From assembly GCF_020745735.1 (NCBI RefSeq), contig NC_083419.1, positions 73,672,096 to 73,736,095 on the forward strand: DNA of 64,000 nucleotides, read 5' to 3'. Positions 15,030 through 29,879 of this stretch are shown here, one piece after another; within the stretch, counting starts at the first letter, position 1; each line of letters begins with the position of its first letter. Made by a program: the position numbers and the translations under genes. Below the pieces are notes generated by a model, which ran no database searches, was not told where the DNA came from, and was given only the letters and a program-made list of their open reading frames with translations. Source of the DNA: Hemiscyllium ocellatum. Its lineage: Eukaryota.

Positions 15030-15669
15030 TGTGAGAAACAAAGCTCACACACTTCAATAATGTCAGTCCGTGACAAAATCTGAATCAGTAGTGCCCTTTA
15101 TTTTACTCTTGTAAGAGAGTGTGATGTCCACTGTCTACAAGGCAGGGACACACACACTGAATTCAACTAATACACGATATTTATATAATTTGGTTGTCCC
15201 CGTTTACATCTTCCTCTTCCCTAAGACCGGCACCCATTAATCCTGTTTATCTCTTGCTTTATCCGGCCTTGTCAGTGACAAAATGCTTATTTCTGGCCTC
15301 ACAAGGCCATTTGACCTCATCCCACTGTGGCCCATTGTTAGGCATATCCTTTCTTCACCATTATCTACTCCCTCCATCTGTGCCTTCTCCTACCATACTG
15401 ATCCTTATGACTCTTTTAATTGGAGTTTGTTCCTGTGTTTCGGTAAAAGTGGCAAACAGATGCTTATAACTACTGCTTGTGCAAGCATATCTGGCTTAAC
15501 CTACATACTCACAGAACCTTATCTATTTTTCTGTAACATCTACCATTGTTTTGCAGTCACGTTTCATTCTTGCGTACAATTTTAGCTAATTACGCACTGG
15601 TGTGAGTTCATTTACCCTGCATAAGTAATTATAATTGCAGACGCAACACTACTTTACCTATATCCCACA
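15030..15669 (-). mobile_element. Solo LTR (family copy 1)
   Basis: Termini TGTGAGA...TCCCACA (imperfect inverted repeats), 4-bp TSD ATAC (15026-15029 and 15670-15673). On the minus strand, TATATAAAT (15187-15179) precedes AATAAA (15102-15097). Confidence 0.85.
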
Positions 15670-18600
15670 ATACTATTCCTGGCCATAGCAATCACATACT
15701 GCCCCTCCACTATCTAAATTATTCTTCGGGTCGGAAAGGTTTTTTTTTAAAAACAGACAGTTTTAGGAGACGACATCAAGGAAGCTTGAATTCAAAATTG
15801 CTTGCAAATTTGGGTGACATATCTCTAATCATTTTAGTCTCTTAAAATGAATAAATTCAAGAAATACGTATCCCATCACTCTCTCACCCAAATCAACAGC
15901 TATAGTGTCCATCAAACCTTTGAAAGGGATTGAAGAATAAAATCAGTATTGATTGCAGTATCCGTCTGGATTGTAAGAAGTTTAACAAAAGCAGCTGAAC
16001 TCAAGCTGCACGACTGACTCCAGAGTCTTCAGCCATTCAAGCAGCTGGCATTCAATAGTAGCTGGAGGAAATTCGAACATAAGGACTTAATTTATCTTGC
16101 CCGACCAGTTACAGGCATGGTAAGATTGGCAATCCAAATTGCAAGGGATATGGAAAATATAATTCTCCAAGATTGTTTGCAATAACCAGAAAATATGTTT
16201 GATTGTTTGCATAATTCGTACTTCATTTGATATTATATTCTCCAAGGCAATTGCTGGAGAACATGCAGGTTCTGTGAAGTTACGCAGATATTTCCTTCTG
16301 CCATGAACCATGTAGCAGGCCCTCGTTACCACAGTCAGCTTAACTGCCAAAAGATGTATTATATCTAGAAGTTTGAAGATAGTTTTCTTTCTCACAGGAG
16401 ACTTTTGCAGTCATCATTTTATGAATTCTGATGAAGCTCTGCTGGTGGAACTGAGAATCTGGAGTCAAACGTGATGGTTGGCAGTGCCAAGGGTAGCATG
16501 GTACTGACAGTAGCTAGTACAGAAGTTGCAGCCTGGTCACAAACCATTATTGAAATGACATGATCCCAGGAGCGAACAGCAACAACTGAGTGAAGGCAGA
16601 GAAGTGACCTTTCCTTTGCTGACATTCGTGGTGGATATTGCTGAGCCTGTACTAAAGAGATTTGCAGGCCATGGCCCACTGTGGGAGTTGAGGAGCTCTC
16701 CTATTCACTACACAGACAGACACGGTTGGCTCTCAATTGGTAACTTCATTTGCCCCTACTGACAGGATCATATAATGGGGCAGAAGGGAGTTGGGCTTTG
16801 CTCCTGAACTCCCCTCCACTTGGCCTGACTCATGAGAATTTTGGCAGGAGCCAGTTGACATGGAAAATTCCGCCCTGTATGTGGAGCCAGTACCAAAGGT
16901 CTTCATTGGAGACATTGGAAAATTGGTTGCCTAGTCACCATTTGCGCCTGGAGCTCTTTAATTGAGATATTTTGAGACGTTGCAACAAGTATAAGTATTA
17001 AAGAAATGAATTTGTTGCATCGTGTCTCCCTTTCTTTGCTACCACATTCTAGCCTCATTATCTTGTCTTGCAAACAGCCAATGAGGGTTTTGGGCAATAA
17101 ATCTTGAACTAGTTTTATAAAACTAGCTGTCAATCGCTTTAAATATTTACTCAATTCTTCAGGTTTATAATAGTGATTTTATTGTGGATGTAGATGTATG
17201 CTTAAAATGACTGCATAGCACTTTTCTGACTATTTGGCGATCAACTGACAGTACAAGGTCGATGGAAGACTGTACACTCCAAAATATATCATGAAAAAAG
17301 TAAGTTTGAAAACAATATGTGATTAATTCATTCAGAGTACATAAAATAGAAAGGAAATCACTTTCTTGGGACTTTTCAGGAAACATCACAGAGCAGCGCA
17401 GTGAACACCAATGCAGGCAAGACCATTTGCATTACTGTCTCTCTGTTACCTGCATTAGAATTAGGACTTCAGAATTTTGTTTCAAAAACATTGTACCAGG
17501 AGAGAACATCATTGTAAGGTTGCTTGCATTTTGTTATTGGAGTTTCTAAACTCTGAATACGAATACATTCAAGAACTTGCTATCGCATTTCTGTCTCTAA
17601 TTGTTATCACCATCAACAAAGGTTTTGAAGAACAAATTCACTATTTATTGCTGAACATCACAAAACACCAGATTACAGTCCAACAGGTTGAATTGGAAGC
17701 ACACTAGCTTTCGCAGTGTCACTTCTTCTGGTGATAGTGGAGGGCTCAATCCTAACACAGAATTCATAGCAAAAAATTAGTGTGATGTAACTGAATCATG
17801 AACATTTATTGCAGACACCCATCTGGTGTATGTCCAGTTTCACTCAAATGGCTGAATGCAGACTGCAGTCCTGAATCCCGAATCTTCATTCTCTCAAACA
17901 GCTGGCACACAATTGTGGGATGGAGGCAAATGCTCATTTAAATAACTTCATTTATCTTTTATCATCAATTGCAGGCACAGTAAATGTGACAATCCAAACT
18001 GCGAAGGAAATGAAACCTATAGTCACCAGGAACAACTGAAGAAATTGAAGTGTCAATTTGATCCAAAGTGCAATTTAACGCTTGAATAATATTGTATTTG
18101 GAATCAAGGTTATTGCTGGAGAACCAACAATTCTTGTGAAGTTATGTAGGTATTTACTTCTGCATACATGCAAGAACAATGTCAAATACGCTGTTCCAGG
18201 CCACAGTTAGCACATTATGGAAACTGCTGGGCTCTGCCTCCCAAGTGTGTATTTTTCCGAGAAGTTAGACTGTGGCGGTTTTATTTTTGAACAAGACTTT
18301 TGCAGTAATAATGTTGTGAATTGTAATGGAGTCCTGCTGCTTAGACTGAGAGCTGGAGCCAGCGCTGCTGTGAATGACGGCACCACTAATATTGGCATGC
18401 TGCTGATGTGGTCTGATCAGGAAGCTGTTGCTGGATCACTATCCCAAGAACGAAATGTCCCAATCTAAAGAGCTGATGGTGAAATCGGAATGATAGCAGG
18501 GTGGCAAACCTTTCTCTGCCACCATTAATGTTTGCAATTGCTGAAATAATAGCCATTGATGAGGAAAAGTCAATCCTGTATGTAGAGCCAGTATACAAAG

Positions 18601-21600
18601 CTCTTAAATGGAGAAACTGGACAGTTAGTTACCCTCCTATAATTGCCCTAACCTCTTTATTTGAGACTTTTCTAGACTGTACAACACGTGTAAAGTATTG
18701 AAGCAATAGTTTTTTCACATCCTTCATTTCTATGTTCCAGCCCAACTGTCAGCGGCTTGAAGTCCAGACACTCCTATTCAAGTTTCTAAAAATGTTTTTA
18801 TTCTGAATGTAAATGTTTACTTAAATTGACTTAATAGCCCTTGATGACTATTTGCAGCTCCGAAAACATCAACTGCTGAAGGGGCAAGGGAGCTGGTGAT
18901 CCTGGTTTTCCAGAAACGAAGAAGGTTATTGAAAAGTAAGCTGAATACAATGTGTGTCTACTAACAGCTGGCTGTATCTGTGGAGTGAAAGCAGGGTTAA
19001 TGTTTTTAGTTGAATTACTCATGTTCAGAACTTCAGGTATCTGTGAAAAAGGGTCTTCTGACTCAAGATGAACTCTGCTTTCTGTCCACAGATGCTGCAA
19101 ATTATGTTGAGTTTCTCCAGCAACTTCAGTCTTTCTTTCAGATTGTCAACTTCTACAGTCTGTTCTTTTACATTAAAGAAATTATTGACTGGCATATAAT
19201 CTTTGCTCTATCGTTAATCTTGTAAAAAGACAATTTAGGTGGAAGCTTGCAGTTAATGCTGCAGACCAGATGCTGGGACTGAAACCTGGAGGCTTTGGCA
19301 TAAGCCAAGGATGATATGTTGCCAGCAGTACCAATGAAGAGTTTCTTTATTGATGAAGGGCTTTTCCCCGAAACGGCGATTTTTTTCTGCTCCTCAGATG
19401 CTGCCTGGCCTGCTGTGCTTTTCCAGCACCACTCTAATCTACAATGAAGAGGGTTACTCATTAGTTGACGTTCAGTTTAGCTTCAAGAGCTGCTACTCCA
19501 GTAAGAAGGAGGACAGATCAGCACATTTCTGAGCACTACTATTCATACTGATCATCACTGAGCCTGCAAAGGTGGGAACAATCAGGGAAATAAGGGAGGC
19601 AGGCTAGAGAGCATTAAGATATCAAAGAGAACTGGTCTATGTCAGCATGGTGTAGCAATGGGAAGGTGCCAGACTCTCTCCCTGCCATTTTCTGAATCCT
19701 ACCACCTCCCAGTTAAAAGCCAGTGAATAATTGAGCATGCATTAACACAAAGTCTTCCAATGATCATTTCTAGCCCTTCAATATTCAGGCCTTCAGTTGT
19801 TGACTTCCAAGCACTGGACTGTGCAATGAGGCTAAACATATTGAAAACACATTGGCTACCTAAGTCCCTGCTTCCCAATACTATTACATCGTCCACCTCC
19901 CCTCACCCCATCTCTTCAAAAAGAACACACCATGGTGTCCTGCAAACCACTATGAAAGTTGGTAAAAAGCCAACATATATTGCAGTCATAGCTTTTGAAA
20001 GTGGCTTTTTTTTAACCGAATGTAATGTGAACAGGAATTTCTGGCGATCAGGGATTTCTGTAAGATTTCTGGAGGAACTTTCTCTTGACAACATCTCTCA
20101 GTGACATAGCAAACACCACTATTCCAGACCACAGCCCCTCCCAATATTTGCATTACTCCTGGTGATTACAGAGATTCGTCATTTTTTAAAAAAATGCTGT
20201 ATCAGCTCAATAGAGCCTTTTGATCTTCAGGTTTATTTTCAAATGTTTGCAAGTCATTTATAGATGTAAGTCCTTTGTTTAATTTGTGCTTCATGATGAC
20301 TTGTGGCTGGGGACATTTTGACAGACCCAATTATCAGGAGGATGGGAATCAACGTTTGCCAGACATGAGGACAACCATGTGGAAGCAAGTTTGATTTGAT
20401 CTGATTTTGATGTGGTTTAATCATTTAGAATACAACAACGTGAAACGGGAATGTTGGAGAACCATTGATTCCTACAAAATGTTTTGTGCAATGTGACGAA
20501 TGCCAGTCCAGACAACAGCAGCTACGTTAACGAGGCTGCTGGACTGCCTCCCGAGGAATTAAATATTTGATACAGAGTTGTCTTAAACAGTAGTGCCACC
20601 ATCCGAAACACTGCAACGGGAAATTGCTCGCTGATCTATATTGAGGTTCTATTTCTGGCCATTGGAGCCATTGTGAAAATGCTGCAGAAATAGATTCCTC
20701 TCCTTCACCCCACCTCATCGCTTCGCTTTGTTTCTCTTTCCTGCTCATCCTCACTACCCCACTACCGCCCACCCCCCATTCTTCACTCCCTCCAAAATCA
20801 TTGCCATGGGTCTCCAGAGTCTGTGACATTTGATGAAATATGGCTACATATTTGAAGAAATATGGCTATGGATTAGGACCGGCTCCTGGTCTCCTCGTCT
20901 TGGTCTATTTCCCATGCAATGTCGCCATAGAATGTTTTCAACTTTTTATAATTTAAGTTGGCCAGAGGTCATGTGTATTCACAGAGTCAGGCACTTTCCC
21001 TAGTAATAGGTATTTGTTTGAATCAAGCTTATAAAGTGTTTTCATGGCGAATTCAATACAGGCAGCATCACATCCACACTGTTTCACTGATGTCATCAAT
21101 TAACAGAGGTGATTACACCTAAATACTGAGCTGATTACACTGCTCTGGGTCAGAGACCTGTAATTATTCCTGGGTTTATTATGGTCAGATCTTTCAGTAA
21201 ACTGCGAATGTGTGAAGATGCAGGAAAGGAAAAGGAATAAAATTCTCTTTTCAACAAAGCAGCCAATACTGACTAATATGACATGAACCTTCTGTAAATT
21301 TGAATAATGAGAAATTACAATGTTCGGATTCTGAATCAAACATTGAGTTACAAATTGTGCTTGTAAGGGTTAAATTAGCAATAGTGTAGAAAGACCTTGA
21401 GTTTCTTGTTCCGAGATAAGGAAGTTAAACTTGAATCATTGCATTTGCGATGTTTTCCCTCTGTCCCAGACAAGTCTTTATTTGACCTATTTACTCCCCA
21501 CCCACCAGCTCCTGCTCTCACAGCCAAAACTCTCGATGTTGATAAGAAGTACCAAATATTAACTTTGTGATCTTGCACATATTTAAACTGACTTAACTGG

Positions 21601-23124
21601 TACTTTATGATCAATTGCAGCTGTGAAAATGTTGACACCTCACACTGTGAATTAAGTGGAAACCTAAGTTTGTCAGAAACTAAAGGGAATAAATTGGCAA
21701 GTAAGTTTGGTCTAATATCAGATTGAATCTGCTATATTAGGGATCCCATAATGTGAAAGGGAAGTGCTGGCAGTTGTTGTAAGATTATGTCAGGATTGCC
21801 TCACGAAGGCATTCCATGGCAGCATGGTGAACACAAACACAGAGGAAAGCAATCACAGACACAGCTGCTTGACGGGTTCAGAAATGCTTGCCTTATTTTG
21901 AGAGATCAATCTTGAATCAGTATAAAACATCCAAAGTTTTTCAATGGTCCGTTGAATTTTGCCTGTCTTTCAGTATAAAGGTCTTGCATAGCCCAGAAAT
22001 GGCTTTAATACTGTGACATAATGAAGAAATGGTTTTCTCTTTTTTTCATCTGTACATTCTCTTCCACACCCCAACCCCAGCATTCCCTCATTGTGGTATA
22101 CTGTAGACATCCTGTGGAAGTCAAAAGAACCCCATACCAACACGACCAAGATGGTTCATGGCGCATCTTGAAAACAAATAAAATCCCAGCAACATTTTTT
22201 AGATCATAGGACAGCATTGTCAATACACTCTGGGGTGTCTGTGGTGAAGGCAGCAATAACTAGTTACATCAACAAAATTACAAGACTGGGATACAAGGTA
22301 TACTGCTTTGTCATTGCATCCTCATTAACTTCACCATTGCAAGACTAAAATCGGGAGCATTGGAATCCTCACTGCTCAAAGTGCTGATTCCTAATTACAC
22401 ATGTTGCACTTTCCAAATGGCAACAGCCCATTGTTTGAAGCAGTTTTCCTTTTTTAAAAATTAAAATGTTCAGCGATGTATGACACGTTGGGACAGGAAT
22501 TTAAGCCTACTAAGTTTAATCTAGGAACTTAAGCCTACTGATCTAGGGGAAGGGAGACTATCATTATACCATAATTCTACCATTCTACCATTCACATAGA
22601 ATCGATGCAATTTCCCTTAATTGCTTCATTAATCCCTGGGGATGTAAATAAAATGCCACCTGTCAGAGTATTGGGTGTTGCTCAGGTGTCACTGAGTAGT
22701 ATGCTGATCTTTGAGTCGGAGAGTTCGAGACGTACCATTGGGTTTAGAATAGACTAATTGATACTGCCACAGCAGTGCAGTCCTGAGATCATCCTGCACG
22801 TCAGATGTATATGAGGCATTAAACCAAAGCCACTCTGCCCTCTAAAGGGAACCTTATTATTTTGAATTAAAGTGAGTATTGGTGTCCCGGCCAATACTTA
22901 TCGATGAATCCCGATGAGCTGATGATCTGGTCATCATCTCCTTCCTGCTTTTCTCATGGTACACAAATTGGATATCACATTTCTGACATGTGACTACATT
23001 ATCAACAGTACTTCAGTTATTGTATAGAACGTCTCTGATTGAAAATTGACTTTGTCAGAGCCTGCATGTACTATTACTCAACTTGGTTGCTTATTTTTCA
23101 TTCTCTGCTGTAAGAAAACACTCC

Positions 23125-23776
23125 TGTGAGAAACAAAGCTCACACACTGCAATAATTTCAGTCCGAGACAAGATCTGAATCAGCAGAGCTCTTTATTTCA
23201 CACTTGCAAGTGGGTGTGATGTCCACCAGGCAGAGAGAAAACACACTGAATTCAACAAATACTCGATATTTATACAATTCGGTTCCCACACAATTTTTTC
23301 CTTATTTCAGTGCCCCTCCCCCCCTTTACATCCTCCACTTCCCTAAGACCATTACTCCTCTTTGTCTCGTGTCTTATCCGGTCTTGTCTGTGAAAAACAT
23401 CCACATTTCTGTTCTCAGGCCATTTGCCCTCATTCTGCCTTTTCACAGCATCTTATCACTGAGCCCTTTTAATTGGGGTCTGTTCCTGTGTTTCTTTAAA
23501 TTGGGAAACAGATGTTTATACCTATTGTTTATACAGGCATGTTGAATTTAACTGTCTGTCTTCACAGCATCTTATCACGAAGCCCTTCTAAATGGGGTTA
23601 CCATTTGTTTTGTAGTCACGTTACATTCTTAGCTAATATAAACAAACCAATTAGCATTTCCTCCACAGAGTTCACATTCTTGTTGACTCAGCTCCTGGCT
23701 GAAACAATTGCACACTGATGTGAGTTTCAGTGAATTTTGAATTTGCAGAAGAAACATAAATTTCCAATATCCCACA
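23125..23776 (-). mobile_element. Solo LTR (family copy 2)
   Basis: Same termini as copy 1; 4-bp TSD CTCC (23121-23124 and 23777-23780). Confidence 0.85.
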
Positions 23777-26774
23777 CTCCTTCCCAACTTCCATCAAATG
23801 AGAATGAGACAAAGCTCAGTGCTGTAATATTTCACTTTGTACTAACATCTGGATCAAACTAATATACCATTCAATGCAAATATAAAATAAATTGAACCAG
23901 TTTTAAAGTGTCAAAGCAAATTATATTTTCCACCAAAGGAGTGTATTGAAATATTTCAATAGTTCTCATTGTGTCAAGTACCAGCAAACAGTGGAATCTG
24001 TTCCAATCTATTTTATCTTGTCTAAAGAATAGGCTGAGGAAAAGAACAGTCCATGAGGAGAGCAATACAGTGTGGATCAGTGATTAACAGCAGGAGAATT
24101 ATTCTCTAGATTAGAATAGATATGTAGTGGAATATACTAAAATGATAGAATGAGAGAAGCTAAAGTGGGATATTGTCAGCTGAAAGTTTTATAAGTTTGT
24201 AAAAATCGGGTCGGTCAGGAACTTATTGAAGAGTGGAGCAGGCTCGAAGGTCCAAGTGAGCTGTTCTCGTTCATTGTTCATACCGCGAAACAATTTTGCT
24301 AGTTACTCAAGCAGAGGTATTAAACGCACATTTTAAACTGTTACATGTGCACATCCTGACATTTCATTCTTTGATTCCTTGGGTGTGATAGCATGTAGTT
24401 GACAGTTGCCCCAGGGGTTCTGCACTTGTTTCAGAGATCTGGAAGGAGATGTTTAGGATACTCTGAGATTTCATTAAGATGTTATATAAATGCGCAACTT
24501 TTCTACTTGCCTTCCTGCTAGGGTAGAGGGGGTTTTGCTCTTCATCAAACCTGTGCATCATTTGACTTCAATCTGCTTTTCTTTGTTGCATTATTGTATG
24601 GAGTTTATTCTCTTAAGTCAAAAGCCTGGATTTTGCCCAAAGTTTAAGAGGTTTTTACTGACATTGGTGAGTTTCTGTATCCCATGAGGTAGATTCATTG
24701 CAGTCAGTAATGGGAAATATAGCAGATCAAATATAATGTTGTTAATTATTATGAGGTCAATTAACAGGGATAACTAAAAGCTGTTCTATGAGCCTCAGGA
24801 TTTGAAAGCCTTTTCAGTGGAGCCACTGCTGATTTACCCAACGCACTATACTGGTGACCTCACTGATACTGAAACCTCTATAATCTGGGACAATGATGAC
24901 ATACAAACTGACTGGAACCGCAATCAATCGGAAAAACTAGGGAACAGTGAGTGATTGGGGCCGAAGCTCAGAACACAGAGACACTGCAAACCCAAACACC
25001 AATTGACACTGGTTCTCAAAATAAGTTATGATGTGGTTCTGCACTATTCGGTTATGATCTGTGATCGGAACCAATGCTTCTCTGTGGTTTATGGATAAAA
25101 ATAATGTTTGCTAGAAGGCAACTGCAAAGCTCTCTTGCGATAACGTGACGCAGAATCAAGTGAAATTTGGTGTATCTCCTTTTGGGGCTTCTTGCATCTT
25201 TTCAAGTGGCAGCTGAATTTGGTGATCAGGTATCAGTTACTATCGAATTGGATGAAATCTTGTTCGTGGTTCATTTATTTACAGTTCCCTATCTCTGAGG
25301 TTAGTCCCATTTCTTTATTGAAGAGCCAATGTGTGTGCGATCTCTTTAGTGTTGTCCTTAGGATAGCCGTACTCCTGCCACTGTGCAACTGCATATTTAT
25401 AACTGCCTTTAAAAACAATCTGAATCTATGGTCACATACTGGTGTAGCAACTGAGCGGGGCCCATAACAGAATGAGCAACTCTTTAACTGCTGCAAACCA
25501 ATGTGGGCTAGATTTTCCAAATGTCATTATCACAAGGGTGCTTTTGGTGCCATATTCACTATTCAGAATAACTAGTTTTCCTGCTCGTGCAGCATTTCTC
25601 TCTATTACTTTACATAACAGTGTGCTATGTGTATCTGCATGTGGTTTGTTTCTATTTATTTCTGTTCCTCAATGGCTTTGAAATTGTTGCTGTATAGGAT
25701 CAAAGGTAAAGCAATGTCGCCACAAGGAGATTATTGCTGGTTTCCCTCTGAGACCAGTGCAGAACTTTACCAGTTCATTGTAGTCCTGATACATTATAGT
25801 GAAGTTTCACCTCTGCTAGCTGGTACAACATGGAAATTTGAGAATTCATGAAAATAAAGTTTTTTTTATTTAAGTCTTTAGTATTGTACTTATCAGGACA
25901 CTCTCAAGAATACCAATGGGAAGTGAAAAAGCATTTAATCTGTCTGGGTAATGAGTGATGATTGGTAAAGGCATGGAGAATGGTCCAGGTTATGATTGGC
26001 AGTTAACTGCCAATGCTTGTTGTGATTCGACTAAATTGGTGATGGCCATTCTCTGACTCAGTTGGCAGGGCAATACCTTGACCACGCAGATAACCTGTCA
26101 ATTGAAAACTTAACAAAGTTTAACTGTTAACTATCCGTCACCATCTGACCAGTCCATTTCCATTGGGGACATCTCGATCAATCATTGTGCACTTTCCAAA
26201 GCATCAGAACTCTTTTCTTATTCAATGTAAAATGTTGTTTTCCTTCATATCAAAATCGTTGCAGCTATCCTGATGTATGAAAGACAAAAAAAATGCATGT
26301 CATATTTTATAGCAATATCTAATTTCTATATTTGCAAACAACCGTTTGAATATGGGAACCTTTTGTTAATGGAGTATCAAACATCCAGCTGATATAATTA
26401 AAATGGAATCTAGTTTTCGAATTTGAACTGATTTAACCCCCTGACAAGCCCACTTTGTACATGTAGATCCTTTTTGAATATTGTATCAGTCTGGCTGTTG
26501 AAAGACAGCTTTGGAAAGTTGTTTATTTCTGTCAACTTCTATTAACGAATTGCTGAAACGGTGGAAAATACATTCTATTGCATTTACAAAACTGAGATAT
26601 CTTGTGAAATCAGGAGATGTGCACAGTGCAAATAAAAATCCCATTTAATGCTGGCCTGCACAAGACTGGAAAACTTAAACTTGTGCTTATAGAGAAAGGA
26701 CTGGTTTCAGGTTTCTGGTCATTGGTCTGATACATGCCAACAACCTTCTCCTGTTTGCCATTCGGTGCATCCTT

Positions 26775-27545
26775 TTCCAGTTTGGAAGGTCAAACTCGAA
26801 TGCTGAATATAGGGTTAAAGGCAGTATGCTTGGCAGTGTGGAGGAACAGAGAGATCTGGGTGTGCAATTTCATAGATCCCTCAAAGTTGCCACCCAAGTG
26901 GATATGATTGTTAAGAAAGCATATGGTGTACAGGCTTTCATTTACAGGTGAATAGTGTTTGAGAGCAGCGAGGTTTTGCTACAGCTCTACAAGTCCCTGG
27001 TGAGACCACACCTTGAATATTGTGTTCAGTTCTGGTCGCCCTGCTAAAAGAAATAGATAGAAGCTTGGGATAGGGTGCAAAGAAGGTTTCCCGGGATGCT
27101 GCCTGGACTGGATGGCTTGCCTTATGAAGAAAGGTTGAATAAGCTCAGACTTTTCCCTATGGAGAGAAGGAGGAAGAGAGGAGACCTGATTGAGGTATAC
27201 AAAATAATGAGAGGAATAAATAAAGTCAATAGCTAGAGAATTTTCCCCAGGGCAGGATTGACTGGTACAAGGGGGATCATAGTTTTAAGATATTAGGAGA
27301 AAGGTATAGAGGAGATGTTAGAGGTAGGTTCTTTATGCAGAGTGTTGCGAATGCATGGAAGGCTTTGCCAGCAGTGGTGGTGGAAGCAGAGTCATTAGGG
27401 GCATTTAAGTCACTGCTGGACATGCAAATGTTTAGCAGGGAGTTGAGAGGCGTGTGGGTTGTTAGTATATTTTACATTAGGATTAAACCTCGGCACACTG
27501 TTGTGGGCCAAATACTGTGCTGTATTTTTCTATGTTCTATGTTAA
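26775..27545 (+). mobile_element. CR1 LINE 3' fragment (RT C-terminus plus 3' UTR)
   Basis: [37 protein letters not shown]; tail ttctatgttctatgtt. Confidence 0.88.
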
Positions 27546-29879
27546 AGCATCTCAAAAATGTGAGTATTAATATCCACTTTGGCAGATTTAATTGATTCTA
27601 ATTGGAATGTATTTGTCAAACCTTTAGCAAAACCGAATCAGCAAACAGCTTCAAACTGTGCACATGTCCAACACAAAACATTGCTGCTCCTCATTAACTT
27701 TTCAAATGCACTGCTCCATTCCAAATAGCGGACCACCCATTCCCATTTAGAGAAATTTGTTTCTGATGGATGGAAGTGGTTGTTTCTGTTCTTCTGCCAT
27801 TTTCATTGAACTCATCTCAAGTTACACTTTAGAATTTTACTGTCAGGCGTAGACTGTTTGTTTTAAGCTTCATCAATTTTGACCAGGTTGCCAGCTATTC
27901 ATGTTCTTGAATATTGGAATGGGGCTGGGTTCTATCAGCCCTCTAGGTACAGGCTGCAAGGTCATTAGGTGGATATTGGGTGGAAGATGATCAGGGAAGG
28001 AAGGTGTTTCAGTGGCTTTCATATTTTCACCTCCGTAGTATTTTATTGATGCCAAATTCGGCAAAGGATGGCCACTCAGGTGGTCAATGTAGAGTCTGTT
28101 CCCGCCAATGCTGGCAGTTTATTAGCAGTAAGGTCCTCCATTGAGTGGGAGACCTTCCCCTGCATCCTAGTGACACACCTGGAGGATGTCCCCCCTTATG
28201 AAGTACCTTACGGCTCACAACAGGGTATCCCATCTGCATACTGGAACAGTCTCCTGTCCATGGTGGCGATCATTGCGGGAACTGGAAATCAGAGTAAGTG
28301 AGTGAAAAAAGCCGTGAGGGCTAGAGTGTTCACAACATTCCCAGAATCAGGTTGGCAGCTCCTACTTGAGGCCATTAATAAGTCATTAAGATCCTCCAGT
28401 TGGTGCATGGACGATGGGTTACTCCTACTCCTAGTAAGAGTACTGTGATTACTGTTTTTTTTCAGTGCTTTCAAGCAAATAATGAAGTGTGGCCATGTGA
28501 TAAAATCATTTACATTCAGTGCTGGATACTTCAGACTTTTTTGTGAGAAACTTTGTAATTCTTCTAAATGTTCTTAATGCACTTTTTGTTTCATACAATG
28601 GTGATTTTCTACATAGGATTACAGAGGAAAAACAGATCATTTGGCACAATCAGTTTATGACAGTGCTTATGTTCTACGCAAGGTGTTTCACATCTTTCCT
28701 CATTTAAATCGCCCGTTGTAATTCTCTAATCCCATCCCTTCCAAGTGCTCGCCTAGTTTCCTTGAAATACATCTAAACTATTCCGTCTAGTCACATATTC
28801 CCCATTTTCATCATTCTTTTCGTGACGAGGTTTCTTCTGAATTCTCTTTTGGACTTTTTGAGGTACCGACTTATATTGACAGCCTCTAGTTATGTTCTAC
28901 CTCACAGTGAAATATTTTCTCTGTACCTTCTCTTTTCAAAACCTTTCTTAATTTTAGAGCTGTCAGCCTTCTTTTCAAGAGAGAAGTGAACAGCACAACA
29001 ATTTTCCTTGATATACACAGCCAGAAACTTGTGTAGCATTCTCATAAATCATCTCTTCACTCTCTCTCATACATTCTATAATATGTCAACTCAAACTGCA
29101 GGCAATACTCTTAATAATAGTCAACCAAATTTTTATAGCGACCCTACTTTTAAATCTATCCCTTTAGAGATAAAATTTAGAGCTTTGTTTGCATTTTTAT
29201 GGCCTTTAGAACATGTGGTGAAATTGTTAGTGACGGATGTAATTGTCTGAAAACCCTTTGTTTGTCTCCCTCGCTTAAACGTGCATCTTTGAATAAGTCA
29301 CCTGCACATTATTCCTACCAAGATGTAACACCTTACGTTTATCTGTGTGGATCTTAATTTGCTAATTATTTGAACATACCATAAATTAATTAATGATATC
29401 TTGCAACTTCTTGTAGTCCTCAGAATTGGCTACATTTCAACATTCCTTTCCAATTTGGTGTCATTGAATTGTTTTTTTTTTTTGTAATTAGATGAAATAT
29501 TTAATTTGCAGTTTTACTTTATTTTGTTTTGCATTTTTAGAGAGGTGCAGTAATCCACACGTTAACTATAACAACTAAATGTAGAATGACAGATAGATGA
29601 AAATTATTACAAACACAGGACTAATTAATAGACTCTATTAACTTCACGGTCAAAACAGGGAATTATTTTTTACACGAATGATATGGCGAGTGCAATAACT
29701 TTTTGTCCATTTTTTTGTTGCATTTTATTTCCCCAGATCTTTCTGTGCTCCTGATATGAAATTGAAAAGGCACTCATCCTCCATTTTAAACTAAATGATA
29801 ATAAAAAAACAACATTTATATAAAATGCAACATGATTTATGAAGCCAATCCTCGAGGCTTATACATATTCACAGCCATG

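Larger units (their letters stand above)
13150..20110 (+). pseudogene. Decayed, internally tandem-repeated (~1.6-1.7 kb unit) putative protein-coding sequence, family unidentified
   Basis: Shared anchors at 14690/15991/17851, 16875/18576 and 17179/18798. Plus-strand translations align with conservative changes (IYLARPVTGMVRLAIQIARDM vs IYLLSSIAGTVNVTIQTAKEM; ENSALYVEPV vs EKSILYVEPV). Many stops; interrupted by LINE, LTR and PLE insertions. Boundaries approximate. Confidence 0.5.

Noticed and set aside
17425-17432. Exact octamers ATTTGCAT here and at 20146-20153
   Set aside because: More than 13 kb from the Ig gene, inside the decayed repeat region; chance occurrence is likely.
26622-26650. 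CACAGTG heptamers here and at ~2262, ~3014, ~12060, ~28903 and ~63472
   Set aside because: No nonamer at 12 or 22/23 spacing and no adjacent V, D or J coding end.
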